This document shows positions 11,630 through 24,633 of a stretch of 64,000 nt of DNA, in pieces. Within the stretch, counting starts at the first letter, position 1. Each line of letters starts with the position of its first letter. Position numbers and translations under genes: made by a program. The stretch spans positions 682,001 through 746,000 of the forward strand of contig MCFH01000019.1 of the NCBI GenBank assembly GCA_002104945.1. Direction: 5' to 3'. Below the pieces are notes generated by a model. That model made no database searches, was not told the DNA's origin, and was given only the letters and a program-made list of their open reading frames with translations. This DNA comes from Piromyces finnis finn. Its lineage: Eukaryota; Fungi; Neocallimastigomycota.

Positions 11630-14259
11630 TCAATTTGCCTTATTAAAACTATAGCTATCATATCTATTACTTTTAGCAAACTCTGAACTTGTTGATGTAT
11701 ATGAAACATCATTTAAACTTGTTTTTTGATGATATTCAATAATTCTTTTAGTAATTTTATTAGAAGCTTTAGAGTCTTTAGTATCTAATTGATTCGGATT
11801 TTTAATTTGAGTAGAATTCTCATAATTTTTAATATTCATGAGTTTTTCATCTATACTTTTTTGAGTAAAATGTAAAAATAATCTATATCCATAGATTAAA
11901 CAATAATTTGATAATGAAAACATTATATAAGTAATTTCATTTAATAAAAAGGAAACAATATAATTATTGATGTTTAATGTTTCAGTGATTATTAAAAAAA
12001 CTGAATCAAGAATATCTAAACAAATTGCTCCACATAAATTTCTAATTTCATAATGGATTTCTTTAATATTCCATTCAATGAATATAAGTAATAAAAATAC
12101 TAAAAATATTAAAACTTTATATAAAATAAATAAAATATGAACGAATTTTCCAAATGTTTCGTTTAATGAACATTTCTCGAAATTAACATCTCCATTATTT
12201 ATATTGAATACAAAATTAACTTCATATGGTTTTATGAATGAGAGTCCATCAAGAATTAATTCAATTAAAATAAAAATGAATAAAAAGATATATCTATTAT
12301 TTTTAATCCATGTTGAATATTTATTTTCTTCAGGGAAACAAACAAGTAATTTATGTAGAATAGGTATTAAATTTAATGAAATACCAAATGTAACCATAAT
12401 CCATTTAAATTGACATTTAAATTTCGATATATCACCATATTCTAGAAAACCAGCACCTAATATTAAGCATAATCCTAATATTGAAATGAACCAAAAATCT
12501 TTTGATAAAAAGTTATAGTATTTTTTAAATTTTTTAATATAAAGTAATACAAGTGATGAACTAAATATCATCATTAATCCTGATAAAATTCCAATGAATA
12601 ATAGAGCAAGAGAAGAATTATCATCTTCATTTAACGATATTTTATATATTTTTGAATAATCATTAATTTCATGAAGTACTTGAGATGCAGTTTTATTTCC
12701 ATATATGAATTTTAAAGCATGTTCTGTAAAAAATGCAGCATAAGCATCATAATCTTTTTTTGGTTTAGTAATGTATTGAATATTTTTATATACTTTACAA
12801 TTTACAACTTCACAAACTTCTTTATCATTGTATAAATCCATTATTCCTGATGATATATCATATAATATTTGTGATTCTTTTTGAGTTTCTTTTGATGTTA
12901 TGAATTTAATAAAAACAGCAGCATCAGCAATATTTTTTTCACTTGAGAATGAATTAATACCGATATTTGAACCACCAACACAAGATCCAGATATTCCAGA
13001 TTTTCCACCAGGTAAACGATATCGAGTATATTTTGTTGTTTTTATAGTATCCCAATATTTTAAAAATATTGATCTTCCACTTGAAAATTTTGCCATTGTA
13101 TAAGGAATAACAGATTGGAATTCTTCATCTATATTTCATTTTATTCGTATTAATGCTATGCTATTATTTTTATATCATTATTACTATAAAATTTTTAATT
13201 TTAATATAATTTACCAGAAGATATTCTTTCTTTTATTTCTTTTATTTTTTCTAAAGCTTTTATTGCATTTTCACTTAATAAATCTGGAAATGGATCATTT
13301 TTTTCATTTCTAAAAGAGTATATTATTTCATAAATTGAGCTCATTCCCATAGATTCTATTTTAATTTCAAAATAAACATTATTTACATAAATAATATTAA
13401 AGCATATACATATTATTTATAACTAATAATTACTATCAATTAATCCATTATATGCTGTTAAATCAGAATTAGGATTTTTTTTTTTTCTTCTTTAAGAATA
13501 TATTCAGATGTTTTGATTAAATCATCCCAAGTTTCGGGAACTTCTTGATTATATTCATTTAAAATTTCTTCATTTACATATAAGGCATTAAAGTCTACTT
13601 CAACAGGCTATTAATAATATAATATTTTAATATTCATTACATCCATTAATTTTAGTAATATGTGATGTAAATTAAATTAAATATATATAAATACATATTT
13701 TTTATTATTCTATATATCAAAAAAGAAAAACGAAAATTTACCAATCCAACCCATTTATCATTATAGGTACATGTTTCAGAAGCTATTCCTGAAGAATACA
13801 TATCAATATGTTCTTTTGGTAACACTGTTCTTAAATCTACTAAGTATGGTCCATATCTTACTGGATAAACATTATCATAAAAGATAATATCGTATTTTCC
13901 ATTTTTTTTTTTAAGCATTGTTTCAATTGTCGTTCCATAATCGTTTATAAGTTGGGTAGCATTTGCTAATGTTAAAAGATTTAATTTAACTTCAACATCT
14001 AATCCTTTTTCTTCAGACAAACTATTAAATTTATCTATCATAGGTGCATATTTAAAATCAGTACTATAAGAGAATGCAATAGCATTAATGACATTTTTGC
14101 ATTCAACTATTTAATTTCGAATATATATTATATATTTATAAATTTTTGTATAAAAATTTCAGTATATATTATTATAAAACAAATAATATTATATATTAAA
14201 TTTTTACTGATTTTATATATAAGTGTTGTTATAAATATTAGTATAAATGTATATTTCAT
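11630..14259 (-). CDS. Receptor B: SBP-7TM receptor paralog; multi-exon; apparent 1-nt loss in the A-run at 13475-13486
   Basis: Exon 1 MKYTFILIFITTLIYKI (ATG 14259); ORFs 13652..14041 and 11630..13096. The run has 12 nt where paralog C needs 13 (EEKKKNP). Confidence 0.8.
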
Positions 14260-15394
14260 TTTTAAATTTCATTAAAGAATTCTTTATAAGTTTCTCTTTC
14301 AATTTTTATAAAAAATTGATATTTTTTTTAAAATTAGAATTTAGAATTTCTATATTTTTACAATTCTGATAATTCTATTTTTATTAATACTTAAAGTTTT
14401 ATTCTTTATTTAGAATGTATATATTATACATTTTATATTAATGAGTTATTATATAATGAATATAAATATAGTTAATATATACTTTTTATTATATAATTTA
14501 ATTTTTTAAATGATGAAATAAATTTGAATGAATTATAATATAATGTTGAAATGAAAAATAAAAGAAATTCATCCAGAAAAAGATAATAATATAGAATATA
14601 ATTTATTAAATTATAAAATATACCTTTATATATATTATAATTTATATTTTACTTTAAAAGGATATGATAAATAATAATTATAAATATATTATAAATTTGA
14701 TATTTGTAGAACGTTTTATTATAAAAATAATTATTAAATAATTTTATATAGTTTAGCATAAAAATATAATTTACATAAAATCAAATATTTTATAAATTTA
14801 TATATTTGATTGGGTTAAATTATAAAAATAATTTTTAATATAAAGAATAATAATAATTTTTAGTAGAAAATGGGAAGACTTAACATATTAATAAGAAGTT
14901 GAATTTTTAATAATAGTTAATATAGTTAGTTAAATAATACATAATAATAATTAAAAGACAAAAATAAGTTTTTATATAATAAAAATTATTGTTAAAAAAG
15001 AGTATAAAAACAATAAATAAAAGAAAATATAAAAACGAAATTAAACTTGTCTAGTTTGTAATTATTGTGTTAATAATAAATAATATTTTATAGAATAAAT
15101 CTGGTGTTATTATTCTATATAAATATTATTAAATAATAAAACTATAAATATTATAAAATATTATAAAATAAATTAAAATAAATAATAAAACAAGTAGATA
15201 TTGTTAAAGCTCGTACAATAGCTGTCGAGATAAAACAATATAAGGTAACGAATAAGTAGTTTAAAAAGTTGTAATATAACTACCAATCCGTTATCAAGTG
15301 GTGGAGAACCTCAGTCGTCCCGTGGGATAGCCGAAAATATAAAATTCCTGTTTACTTATATATATAGCATATTTATTTAATTAAATTAATAAAT

Positions 15395-16264
15395 ATGTCC
15401 GAAGATAAGAATAACTTTGAAAGAGCCGCAAGTATGGCCAAAGAAATAAGCCCTCTCGGAAAGAAAACTACCAAGTTCTTTAGATGGAAGATGGAACTCG
15501 AAGATATCTTGGAGGACTTAAACCTTTCTGAAAAAGAAAAAAAAAGAGTTGCTCTAATCGCTACTTCGGACAAAACTAAGGATCTTTGTAGCGATATTTA
15601 TTATGAAGATAGATCCCTATCTTATAATGAATTTATCAATAAAATATCTAACTTATTTGAGGATGATAAAACTTCCAATAAGAACCTCAATAAACTAGAA
15701 AAAATTAAAATAAACAAGAGTTCAGTTAGAGAATTCAATCGTTCCTTCAATGACCTCTTGAAAGAAATTAAAGAAAGGGATAAGCCTTCTGAAGAAAGAC
15801 TTGTTTTCCTTTACATTAAAGCCTTTAATAGGAGAACTCCCATTATGAATTCTCTTATTAATAAACAACCAAAAACCTTAAAGGACGCTATGAGAATCGC
15901 CATCACAGCAGAAGAAACCATCTCAGCTTATGAAAGTGATGACGAAACCGACTATAACTATAAAAGAAACAAAAGCAATAGCTCCTTTAAGAAAAGAACT
16001 ACTACCAACAATGAAAAATCGCCTTATAATAATAATAATAGTAATAATAACAGTAGTAGTAGTAATAACAATAAAAATCAAGGAGGTACAAAAGACGTTA
16101 AGGAATCCGATCTAGAGGCTCTGACCAAGAGTTTTGCCCAGATGAAAATTCATGTCTGTCACCGCTGTAATCAGAGAGGACATGATGCTCGTTTTTGCCC
16201 TAATGAAATGTCAGATATGAATAAGTTTATTGCTACTCTCCTTTCCCAAAACCATTTAAATTAA
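15395..16264 (+). CDS. gag: gypsy-2 gag
   Basis: 289 aa with CCHC knuckle CHRCNQRGHDARFC. Confidence 0.9.
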   Translation: MSEDKNNFERAASMAKEISPLGKKTTKFFRWKMELEDILEDLNLSEKEKKRVALIATSDKTKDLCSDIYYEDRSLSYNEFINKISNLFEDDKTSNKNLNKLEKIKINKSSVREFNRSFNDLLKEIKERDKPSEERLVFLYIKAFNRRTPIMNSLINKQPKTLKDAMRIAITAEETISAYESDDETDYNYKRNKSNSSFKKRTTTNNEKSPYNNNNSNNNSSSSNNNKNQGGTKDVKESDLEALTKSFAQMKIHVCHRCNQRGHDARFCPNEMSDMNKFIATLLSQNHLN

Positions 16265-16290
16265 ATGGGGGAAGTTCTCAATCTTCCCCT
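16255..16290 (+). promoter_or_regulatory. -1 programmed ribosomal frameshift signal (gypsy-2)
   Basis: U UUA AAU at 16255-16261, then GGGGAAG/CUUCCCC stem (16268-16289). The -1 frame is open from 16255 into the pol ORF. Confidence 0.85.
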
Positions 16291-19200
16291 TCTAACTCCA
16301 AAATTGATAATAACCAAACCCACAATATCAATAACATAAACGAGCAAGTTTATGTTGATGAAACACGTGACTCACATAAAACAGAAAAATTTTCAAATTC
16401 TGAAGAAAAATTCTCTGACCCTTTGGTGGATGATCCAATCAAAGACATAGATAAGGATGATGTTACACAAAATCACGTGACAAATACAATCGATGATAAG
16501 GACATCGAAAACCTTATTTACGCATTCAAGAGGAAAAGTTCTGAAGAAAGTGATGAAAGTGAAGATGAGGATCACGTGACTCAGTCGAAGAAAAAGAAAC
16601 TTCGAGAAAACCCCTTGCCAATACACACAAAGGCCACTCAGATGAAAGAACAGCAAGAAATTCAAAACGAGAAAAATTCAAATTTTCATACCACTACTTC
16701 CCGCATGGACATCCTAGACCCCTCGGTAATTGCAGACAAGAATATCTCTTCTGCCAAGAAGAAAAATAAAGAAGCCAGAAACAAAAGGAGAACTGGTCCG
16801 GATATCTCTAGTAATCAAGATGATATAGAGGAAGAAGTTATTGGAAGTAAGAAGTCGCTGAAAGGAAACTATTACGACTTCTTACGTTCTATTATTATGC
16901 TTGGCAAAAATAAGGAGTATGATGTATATGATGCTCTCAATAATACCAATGCTGGTATTACCTTTGCACAACTCTTTGCTGTTAGCCCTATCATTAGAAG
17001 ACTTTGTGCGAAAGGCTTAAAACTTGATCCTAATGACGTTAGAAAAATAAACGCCATTCAAAATTTGGATCTTGATGATGATGATATTAGTTCATTTATT
17101 AATATTATCAACGAAGGTGATGTCGATGGTGATGATAATAACAATAATGTTAACAATAGTGTCGACAACATTGATGTTAGTAATGAGATTAACGTCATTA
17201 ATAAAGTCAATATCGCTTCTGTTATAGGTTCTGTTGACAACAATATTGTAAGAGTGTTAGTGGATACAGGCTCTGATGTCAACGTGATTACTAAGTCCTT
17301 CTTTGATATTATATCAAAGAAACATAAAATTAAATACTTTAAAAGAACATTCTTCAAGCTAGCTAGCCAACAAGTCATCTCCACTAATCAAGCAGTAAGT
17401 CTCGTTCTTCGTTTTGATAAGCTTAAAATAAGTACTACCTTCTGGATCCTAGAAGACGAAGATTCCTGCTATGATATCATACTTGGGCGCCAGTCACAAA
17501 AGGATCATAGGCTATATATAGATCCTGATGACGACGCTTTATATATGAAAACTGATGGATCCTCTATTATGGTTGCTCAACCATCAGATTCCATATCGCA
17601 AGGAAATAAATTATATCATATTACTATTATGAATAATATTAATTCCTTAAAAGATATTTCTGATATTGATAATATTATCTCAAAGGATGAACAAATTCAA
17701 CTTCATTCTTTAATAAAAAATTATAGGGATGTTTTAATCGATTCCATTGATGATGTTTCAGTTGCTGATGCTGAACCTCATTCTATTGAATTAACATCCA
17801 CCAAACCCATTAAACTGAGACCTTATAAGATATCTCTTGCTCAATCCCAAGCATTAAAAGAAGAGATTTCGAAACTATTGAAACACGGTCTCATTGAACC
17901 TTCCCATTCACCATGGTCATTCCCTGTTGTTATGGTGAAAAAGAAAAATGGTAAATGGCGTATGTGTGTCGATTATAGAAAATTAAATCAAATTACTATT
18001 AAAGACGCGTATGCTCTACCATTTATTGATGAACTACTAGAATCTGTTCATGGCGCAAAATATTTCTCTGCTATTGACCTTTTTTCTGGTTTTCATCAAA
18101 TTCCAATGAATAGCAAAGATATCGAAAAGACAGCATTCACTACTAAGTTTGGTAATTTTAACTTTAAGGTTATGCCATTCGGGTTAACTAATGCACCCGC
18201 ATCCTTCCAACGTGAAATGAACCGTATTCTTATGCCTCTTATCGGTACTTGTCTATTTGTTTACATGGATGATATTTTAGTTTATTCTCCTAACTTTAAA
18301 CAACATTTAAAGGACCTTGAAAAACTTTTTATTATCCTAAGAGAACATAAATTCTCTATTAATATTGATAAGTGTTCTTTTTGCAAAAACTCCGTCGAAG
18401 TTCTTGGTCACGTACTTACTGCAGATGGTATTAAACCTATGCCTTCTAAAGTTCTTGCTATAGCTTCTTGGAACACTCCTAAAAACGTCACTCAACTTAG
18501 GTCTTTCCTTGGCTTAGTTAGCTACTATAGAAAATTTATTCCTAACTTTGCTGCTATTTCAAGTTGTTTATATAAACTAACAAGTCCTAAAGCTAGTTTT
18601 ATTTGGTTAGATATCCATTCTGATGCCTTTTATACACTTCGTTCTTTTATTTGTTCTTCTAGTATTTTAAAATATCCCGACCCTAATAAACAGTTCATTA
18701 TTCGTACTGACGCATCTTCTTATGCTGTTGGTGCTGTTCTTCTTCAGCTTTCTGACTCTTATGATATTGAATTTCCTATTTATTGTGTTAGTAGATGTCT
18801 TAAAGATGCTGAAACGCGTTATTCTGTTACTGAAAAAGAAGGTATTGCTATTTTATTCGCTTTGAATAAATTCCGCTCCTATATTGCAGCTTCTCCTTTT
18901 GTTGTTAAAGTGTACACTGACCATAAGCCACTTGTAGGCTTCTTTAATTCAAGTATTCCTTCTAATGATAGACATATTAGATGGATAGCTAAGTTTAATG
19001 AATTTAGAGTTGACATTATTTATGAAAAAGGTAAAAATAATGTTTTTGCTGATGCTTTGTCTCGTATGCCCTCTTCGCAAAATTTAAATATTAATTCTAT
19101 TCATTCTATTTTAGAAGACAAAGAAGATAACATTTCCACCTTTGCTCCACCCAAAATTATTGAATATGTTAAGAAGAACTATTCATTTTTAAATGGTACC

Positions 19201-20298
19201 CTTGTTTACCGCTCTAAATCTGGAAATTATTTAAAAGTTATTGAAGATGACTCTTTAAAATTCTCCTTGATTCGTAAGGCTCATCTTGTCGGCCATGAAG
19301 GTGTTGAAAAAACACTTTCCAGATTAAAAGAAATATATTATTGGCCAGGAATGTGGAACGACGTAAATAAAGTCGTTAAAACATGTTTAGAATGTCAATG
19401 CTATCGTCCAAAACCTATTCCTAAAAATCTGTCTAATATTTCAAGTCCAGTTGAAAGACCTTTCGTCAGAGTTGGTTTGGATATAGTTGGACCACTACCA
19501 TTAACAGATAAAGGAAATTTATATATTATTGTTTTAGTAGACTATACTACTAAATGGGTTGAAGCCGCTCCCTTAAAGAAAATTGAAAGTCAAGACGTTA
19601 TTTATTTCCTAAAAGACGTCTTTGCAAGACATGGTGTCCCAGAAATAATTGTCACAGATAATGGAAGTCAGTTCACTTCGGATATAACAAAAACAATGAT
19701 AGACTTATATGGTTCCTGGGTTCAATTCGTTGCACCACATCACCCTGAAGCTAATGGACAAGTTGAAAACAGAAATAGAGAAATAATAAAAATACTTCGA
19801 CATTTATGTAAAAATCAAGAAAATTGGGACGAAATACTTCCGGCAACCCTATGGGCTCTGCGTACGTCTCGTTCGAAAGTTACAGGGTTTAGTAGTTTTG
19901 AACTTTTATATGGAAGAAAAGATTTATGGCCTCTTAGTGTGTTACTACCAGATATTCCAAAAGAAAAGGACGAGTCTGACGAAGAATACAATTTCAGACG
20001 TTTTGTCAGACACCAGAATTGGGTACAAGAAGCTACTGAAAATATCAAGCAAGCTCACGACTATTGGCTCCAAAGAAATGAAACAGCAAAGTCTATGCAA
20101 CACCGGTACAAGCCAGATGATCTAGTGCTGGTAAGATATATAGGTAGAAAAAAATTAGATCCATTCTTTTTGGGACCATTTAAAGTAAAGAAAGTATCAA
20201 AATTCAACACTTTAGTTTTAGAGACACTGGACACGCATAAAATACTAGAACGTAATGTCCATATTAAAAATGTGAAGCCCTATTTGTCCTCTCTATAA
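16255..20298 (+). CDS. pol: gypsy-2 pol (protease, RT, RNase H, integrase with GPF motif; no chromodomain)
   Basis: LVDTGS protease, YMDD RT, TDASSYAVGAVL RNase H, HHCC and D,D35E integrase (GLDIVGP, TDNGSQF). Confidence 0.95.
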   Translation, partial: FKLNGGSSQSSPSNSKIDNNQTHNINNINEQVYVDETRDSHKTEKFSNSEEKFSDPLVDDPIKDIDKDDVTQNHVTNTIDDKDIENLIYAFKRKSSEESDESEDEDHVTQSKKKKLRENPLPIHTKATQMKEQQEIQNEKNSNFHTTTSRMDILDPSVIADKNISSAKKKNKEARNKRRTGPDISSNQDDIEEEVIGSKKSLKGNYYDFLRSIIMLGKNKEYDVYDALNNTNAGITFAQLFAVSPIIRRLCAKGLKLDPNDVRKINAIQNLDLDDDDISSFINIINEGDVDGDDNNNNVNNSVDNIDVSNEINVINKVNIASVIGSVDNNIVRVLVDTGSDVNVITKSFFDIISKKHKIKYFKRTFFKLASQQVISTNQAVSLVLRFDKLKISTTFWILEDEDSCYDIILGRQSQKDHRLYIDPDDDALYMKTDGSSIMVAQPSDSISQGNKLYHITIMNNINSLKDISDIDNIISKDEQIQLHSLIKNYRDVLIDSIDDVSVADAEPHSIELTSTKPIKLRPYKISLAQSQALKEEISKLLKHGLIEPSHSPWSFPVVMVKKKNGKWRMCVDYRKLNQITIKDAYALPFIDELLESVHGAKYFSAIDLFSGFHQIPMNSKDIEKTAFTTKFGNFNFKVMPFGLTNAPASFQREMNRILMPLIGTCLFVYMDDILVYSPNFKQHLKDLEKLFIILREHKFSINIDKCSFCKNSVEVLGHVLTADGIKPMPSKVLAIASWNTPKNVTQLRSFLGLVSYYRKFIPNFAAISSCLYKLTSPKASFIWLDIHSDAFYTLRSFICSSSILKYPDPNKQFIIRTDASSYAVGAVLLQLSDSYDIEFPIYCVSRCLKDAETRYSVTEKEGIAILFALNKFRSYIAASPFVVKVYTDHKPLVGFFNSSIPSNDRHIRWIAKFNEFRVDIIYEKGKNNVFADALSRMPSSQNLNINSIHSILEDKEDNISTFAPPKIIEYVKKNYSFLNGTLVYRSKSGNYLKVIEDDSLKFSLIRKAHLVGHEGVEKTLSRLKEIYYWPGMWNDVNKVVKTCLECQCYRPKPIPKNLSNISSPVERPFVRVGLDIVGPLPLTDKGNLYIIVLVDYTTKWVEAAPLKKIESQDVIYFLKDVFARHGVPEIIVTDNGSQFTSDITKTMIDLYGSWVQFVAPHHPEANGQVENRNREIIKILRHLCKNQENWDEILPATLWALRTSRSKVTGFSSFELLYGRKDLWPLSVLLPDIPKEKDESDEEYNFRRFVRHQNWVQEATENIKQAHDYWLQRNETAKSMQHRYKPDDLVLVRYIGRKKLDPFFLGPFKVKKVSKFNTLVLETLDTHKILERNVHIKNVKPYLSSL

Positions 20299-21269
20299 AA
20301 ACATATAAAAAATAACGACCATTATATTAAAAAAAATCAAGAAAAACACACATTAAAATGCTGAAGACGAATTTTGTCTCATTTTTTTTTTATTTTTTTT
20401 ACCTTTTGAAAAAAAAATTTTATTAATAAAAAATTTTTAAATTTTTCATCATTTTTTTTATAAACCTTATTTTATATTATTTTTAATTTATATATAAAAA
20501 AAAAAAAAAAAAAAAAAAAATATTTTAATTTTTAAATATTTAATATGAAAATATCAAAAAATTCATATGTTTATTATTATTTATGAATATTTTTATCAGC
20601 TACCACTAAGTTGTATCTTAGGGGAGGAAATCTTGATAAATAATAATTATAAATATATTATAAATTTGATATTTGTAGAACGTTTTATTATAAAAATAAT
20701 TATTAAATAATTTTATATAGTTTAGCATAAAAATATAATTTACATAAAATCAAATATTTTATAAATTTATATATTTGATTGGGTTAAATTATAAAAATAA
20801 TTTTTAATATAAAGAATAATAATAATTTTTAGTAGAAAATGGGAAGACTTAACATATTAATAAGAAGTTGAATTTTTAATAATAGTTAATATAGTTAGTT
20901 AAATAATACATAATAATAATTAAAAGACAAAAATAAGTTTTTATATAATAAAAATTATTGTTAAAAAAGAGTATAAAAACAATAAATAAAAGAAAATATA
21001 AAAACGAAATTAAACTTGTCTAGTTTGTAATTATTGTGTTAATAATAAATAATATTTTATAGAATAAATCTGGTGTTATTATTCTATATAAATATTATTA
21101 AATAATAAAACTATAAATATTATAAAATATTATAAAATAAATTAAAATAAATAATAAAACAAGTAGATATTGTTAAAGCTCGTACAATAGCTGTCGAGAT
21201 AAAACAATATAAGGTAACGAATAAGTAGTTTAAAAAGTTGTAATATAACTACCAATCCGTTATCAGATA

Positions 21270-22345
21270 TGATGCGTTGACCGATATATTTTTGAATAAT
21301 ATAATATTTTTAATAAATAATAAATTCTAATATTTATGATGAAACAATAAATTTAAAATAAAATAAAATATGTTTTATAATTAACAAATAAATCACTCAA
21401 AAACTCGAAAATAAACTCTTTTTATTATGTTTAAATTATCTCTTTATTATATTTATAATTTATTTATTGTCTATTTATTGTCCCCCCTTTATAAAGAAGA
21501 ATTTTATCTTCCTTTTATACATTTTCATTTATTACATGTATTATTATTTTTAACTATTAAATGTTATTATTACTATTGTTATTATTTATTAAAATTAAAA
21601 GAATAAATTAAAATTATGTCTTAGTATTATAAAATATTATAGAATATTACTTATTTGATTTTCTTATTACTTCAAAATGTTTAAATTTAGAAAAATTATT
21701 ATAAATTATCATTGACTATCATTAAATGTATAATACCTTGAATAAAATAATTAAAATTTAAAATTAAAATAATATTAAAATAAAATTAAAATGAAATTAA
21801 AATATTAAAAGTATCAATTATTATAAACACTCATTTTATACAGAAACATAAAAGAGTTCTGTATTTTATCTTTGAAATTGTTATTATTGTTCTATTTCCA
21901 GGCTTTAAATTAATCACTTTTAGTAATAATTACTCAGTTATTTATTTGTTAATTTATATATATAAGTTTGAAAGAATTTCTAAAGAACACTTGGATAAAA
22001 CACTAGAATTAATAATTTAATGTATATCATTTTATTTTTTTAGTTTATTTATTCATTTTTATTTACTTATTATTATTTTATTATTTTAATACATTTTTGG
22101 ATTGAGTCGTTTTATTTTATTTAATAATTTATTTTATTATTATCTCTATTAAGTCGTTTTTATTCATAATTTATTATTTAATAAAGAGAATATTATTTAT
22201 TTAAAAGAAAGGGTTATATTTCCATAAAATTATTATTTATTCATTTTTAAGGGTTATTATCTTTTATTTTTATTATAAGTCGCTATGGGTTAAGTCGTGT
22301 TTATTCGGCTAGTTTTTATTACGTTTTTATGTGAGTAGCGTATCA
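21270..22345 (-). mobile_element. Solo LTR of the gypsy-1 family flanked by GATA on both sides
   Basis: Same 1076-bp sequence as 4431-5506; GATA at 21266-69 and 22346-49; no adjacent PBS or internal sequence. Confidence 0.85.
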
Positions 22346-22352
22346 GATATTT

Positions 22353-22902
22353 GTCGTTCCAGTTTTTATCCTGGTTGTTAAGGCGTTTCCTTAGCATACA
22401 TAAGGCTTCTGGTTCGACCCCGCAGATGTCAGTGCCTGTGGATTTTCCCACTGGGTTTGCCATGGGTTGGGTTATGATATTCAGGTAAGTATAAATGAAC
22501 TTTCTAATTTACTACTATGATAATAACACTCGTCTAGCCGGCCTGAGAGGGTCTAGTGTACATGGTACATTCCAAATTAGAACTTAATAAGTGGTGATTT
22601 AGGCTATGCCAAAAACACATAATATTCCTTAATCAATTTAAGTGTAAACATTAGGGGGCGGTTGACACGTGATCAAATTGACTATAAGAGGCTTAGCATT
22701 GTAGTTGTGAAATATCGTACAACGACATGCATCTAATGTACATGGATTAAGTGAGCGTCGAAGCTGAAGAAACAGTATGACAGACCAGGAGGGTCACAAC
22801 CACCTAGCAATAGGAATGAGCCAACGTTTCTCTAAGAACCACCATTGGGACTAACTTCAATTGATGGGAGAAATGCACTCGGAAGTTAAAAAAAAAAAAA
22901 AA
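22353..22902 (+). mobile_element. SINE-1 full-length copy (duplicated)
   Basis: Identical to 5514-6063; 3' TSD at 22903-22916; 5' TSD split as TTAAAAGGATA (14654-64) and TTT (22350-52). Confidence 0.85.
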
Positions 22903-24515
22903 TTAAAAGGATATTTAGAGTGTTTATAATTACTATTAAAATCATTTATGCCTTTTTGGTGAAGTTTATAGCCCATATCAAAGAATTTTTTGTATTTAAT
23001 ATTTTCCTTAATAATTCGCATAATTTTTTAATTTAGATTGAGTGATTTAATTTACAATAATTAAAAATAAAAAACATTACAATTTTATTATTAAGTTTAA
23101 AGGCCATTATTAAATATGTTGTTATTTGACTATTAAGTAACGAGTAAAATAAAAATATATTAAATATCTTTTCATAATTACAACTAGGTTTGTAATTGTT
23201 TAATTATTATTAATTAAATATTTGTAAAACTATTATAAAGCATTATAATATTTACTAATGAATGATAAAAATATAAAAAAACTTAAAATATTAAATATAA
23301 AAGAAATACTCATAACCCATGTAAATAATTTTATATTTTTTATAATTTAAATAAAATAAATTTATGTTTTCTATTTAAGTAAAAATAAATAAATTTTATA
23401 ATATTTAAAAAAAAATAATTTTATTCTGTATTTTAAAAAATTAGTTTCTATATCAATATTAAATATTATTATTATAATATATAAAATAAAATAGATATTA
23501 TAGAAATTATCTATTAAAATTCTAAAATTATTGAATAAAGTTTATATATTTAAAGTTTTAAATTTTTCATTGATTTTATATCCTCTAGTTTTTATATTAT
23601 CATAGCATATTGTAAAAGTCATATGTTATATCAGTTTTAAAATGATATAAATAATAGTGGAAAAAAGGAAAATTAAAGTTTTAATAAACTTTAACTGTCT
23701 ATTTTATATTACACCCATATAGAAAAAAAAATTGATGTAAATAAATAAAATAGCTGAGCTTTTCCAATTATAAACATAATATTTTTATATACATCTTATT
23801 ATTAATATTATTTTATATATTCAAGTTATTTAGTATAATAAATAAGTTATCATTATTATTTTATTTGTGTGAATATATAAAAAAAAATATATTATAATGT
23901 AATTGGAAGAAAACTATTCTATTTAAAATATATAAAATATATTCTAACTTAAAGTTAATATAATTTAATATGAGATATTTATTTTATTTAACTTTTAAAT
24001 ATTATATATATATATATATTATTTTTAGCTACAAATTTATTACATTAAAGAATAAAAAACTTATGGGATATATTTAATAAAGATAAAACAAAGTGTTATA
24101 GGTATTATAGTAATAAAATAATGACTGTTAATAATTATTAATTAAATATTCAAGTAATTGATATAATCTTAGTCAATTATAAATATATTTTTATTACTAT
24201 AATGAAAAAAAATACATAGAATATATTTATTAATTTATAAAATATACCTTTATATACTTTTATGCGTTATGATAATTTATTATATATATAGATAAATCTT
24301 TCATTTCCTCACCGATGTTTATAGGATATAATTTTTGTAATATAATAAACAATACTTTTTCTTGGTGACGTTTTTAGCCCGTACCAAAAAAGATTGTTGG
24401 TTTTTTATTTTTTCCTTAATAGTATAAATTTTTAAGTTGAATGGTTTTATATTGTAAATGGAAATTAATAATTAACTATTGAATCTTATTAAAATTGTTA
24501 TAATACCATAAACTA

Positions 24516-24633
24516 GACAGACTGGGAGGTCACAACCACCTAGCAATAGGAAGGAGTTAACATTTCTCTAAGAACCACCATTGGGACTAACTCTGATTGA
24601 TGGTAGAAATGCACTTTGTAGTTAAGAAAAAAA
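24516..24633 (+). mobile_element. SINE-1 3' fragment (duplicate of 7676-7793)
   Basis: Identical sequence within the segmental duplication. Confidence 0.8.

Larger units (their letters stand above)
14665..21265 (+). mobile_element. Full-length, apparently intact Ty3/gypsy element 'gypsy-2' with 4-bp TSD GATA
   Basis: 632-bp LTRs at 14665-15296 and 20634-21265 (TGATAA...TTATCA), identical by eye. PBS TGGTGGAGA at 15299-15307, PPT AGGGGAGGAAA at 20620-20630, GATA at 14661-64 and 21266-69. Confidence 0.95.
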
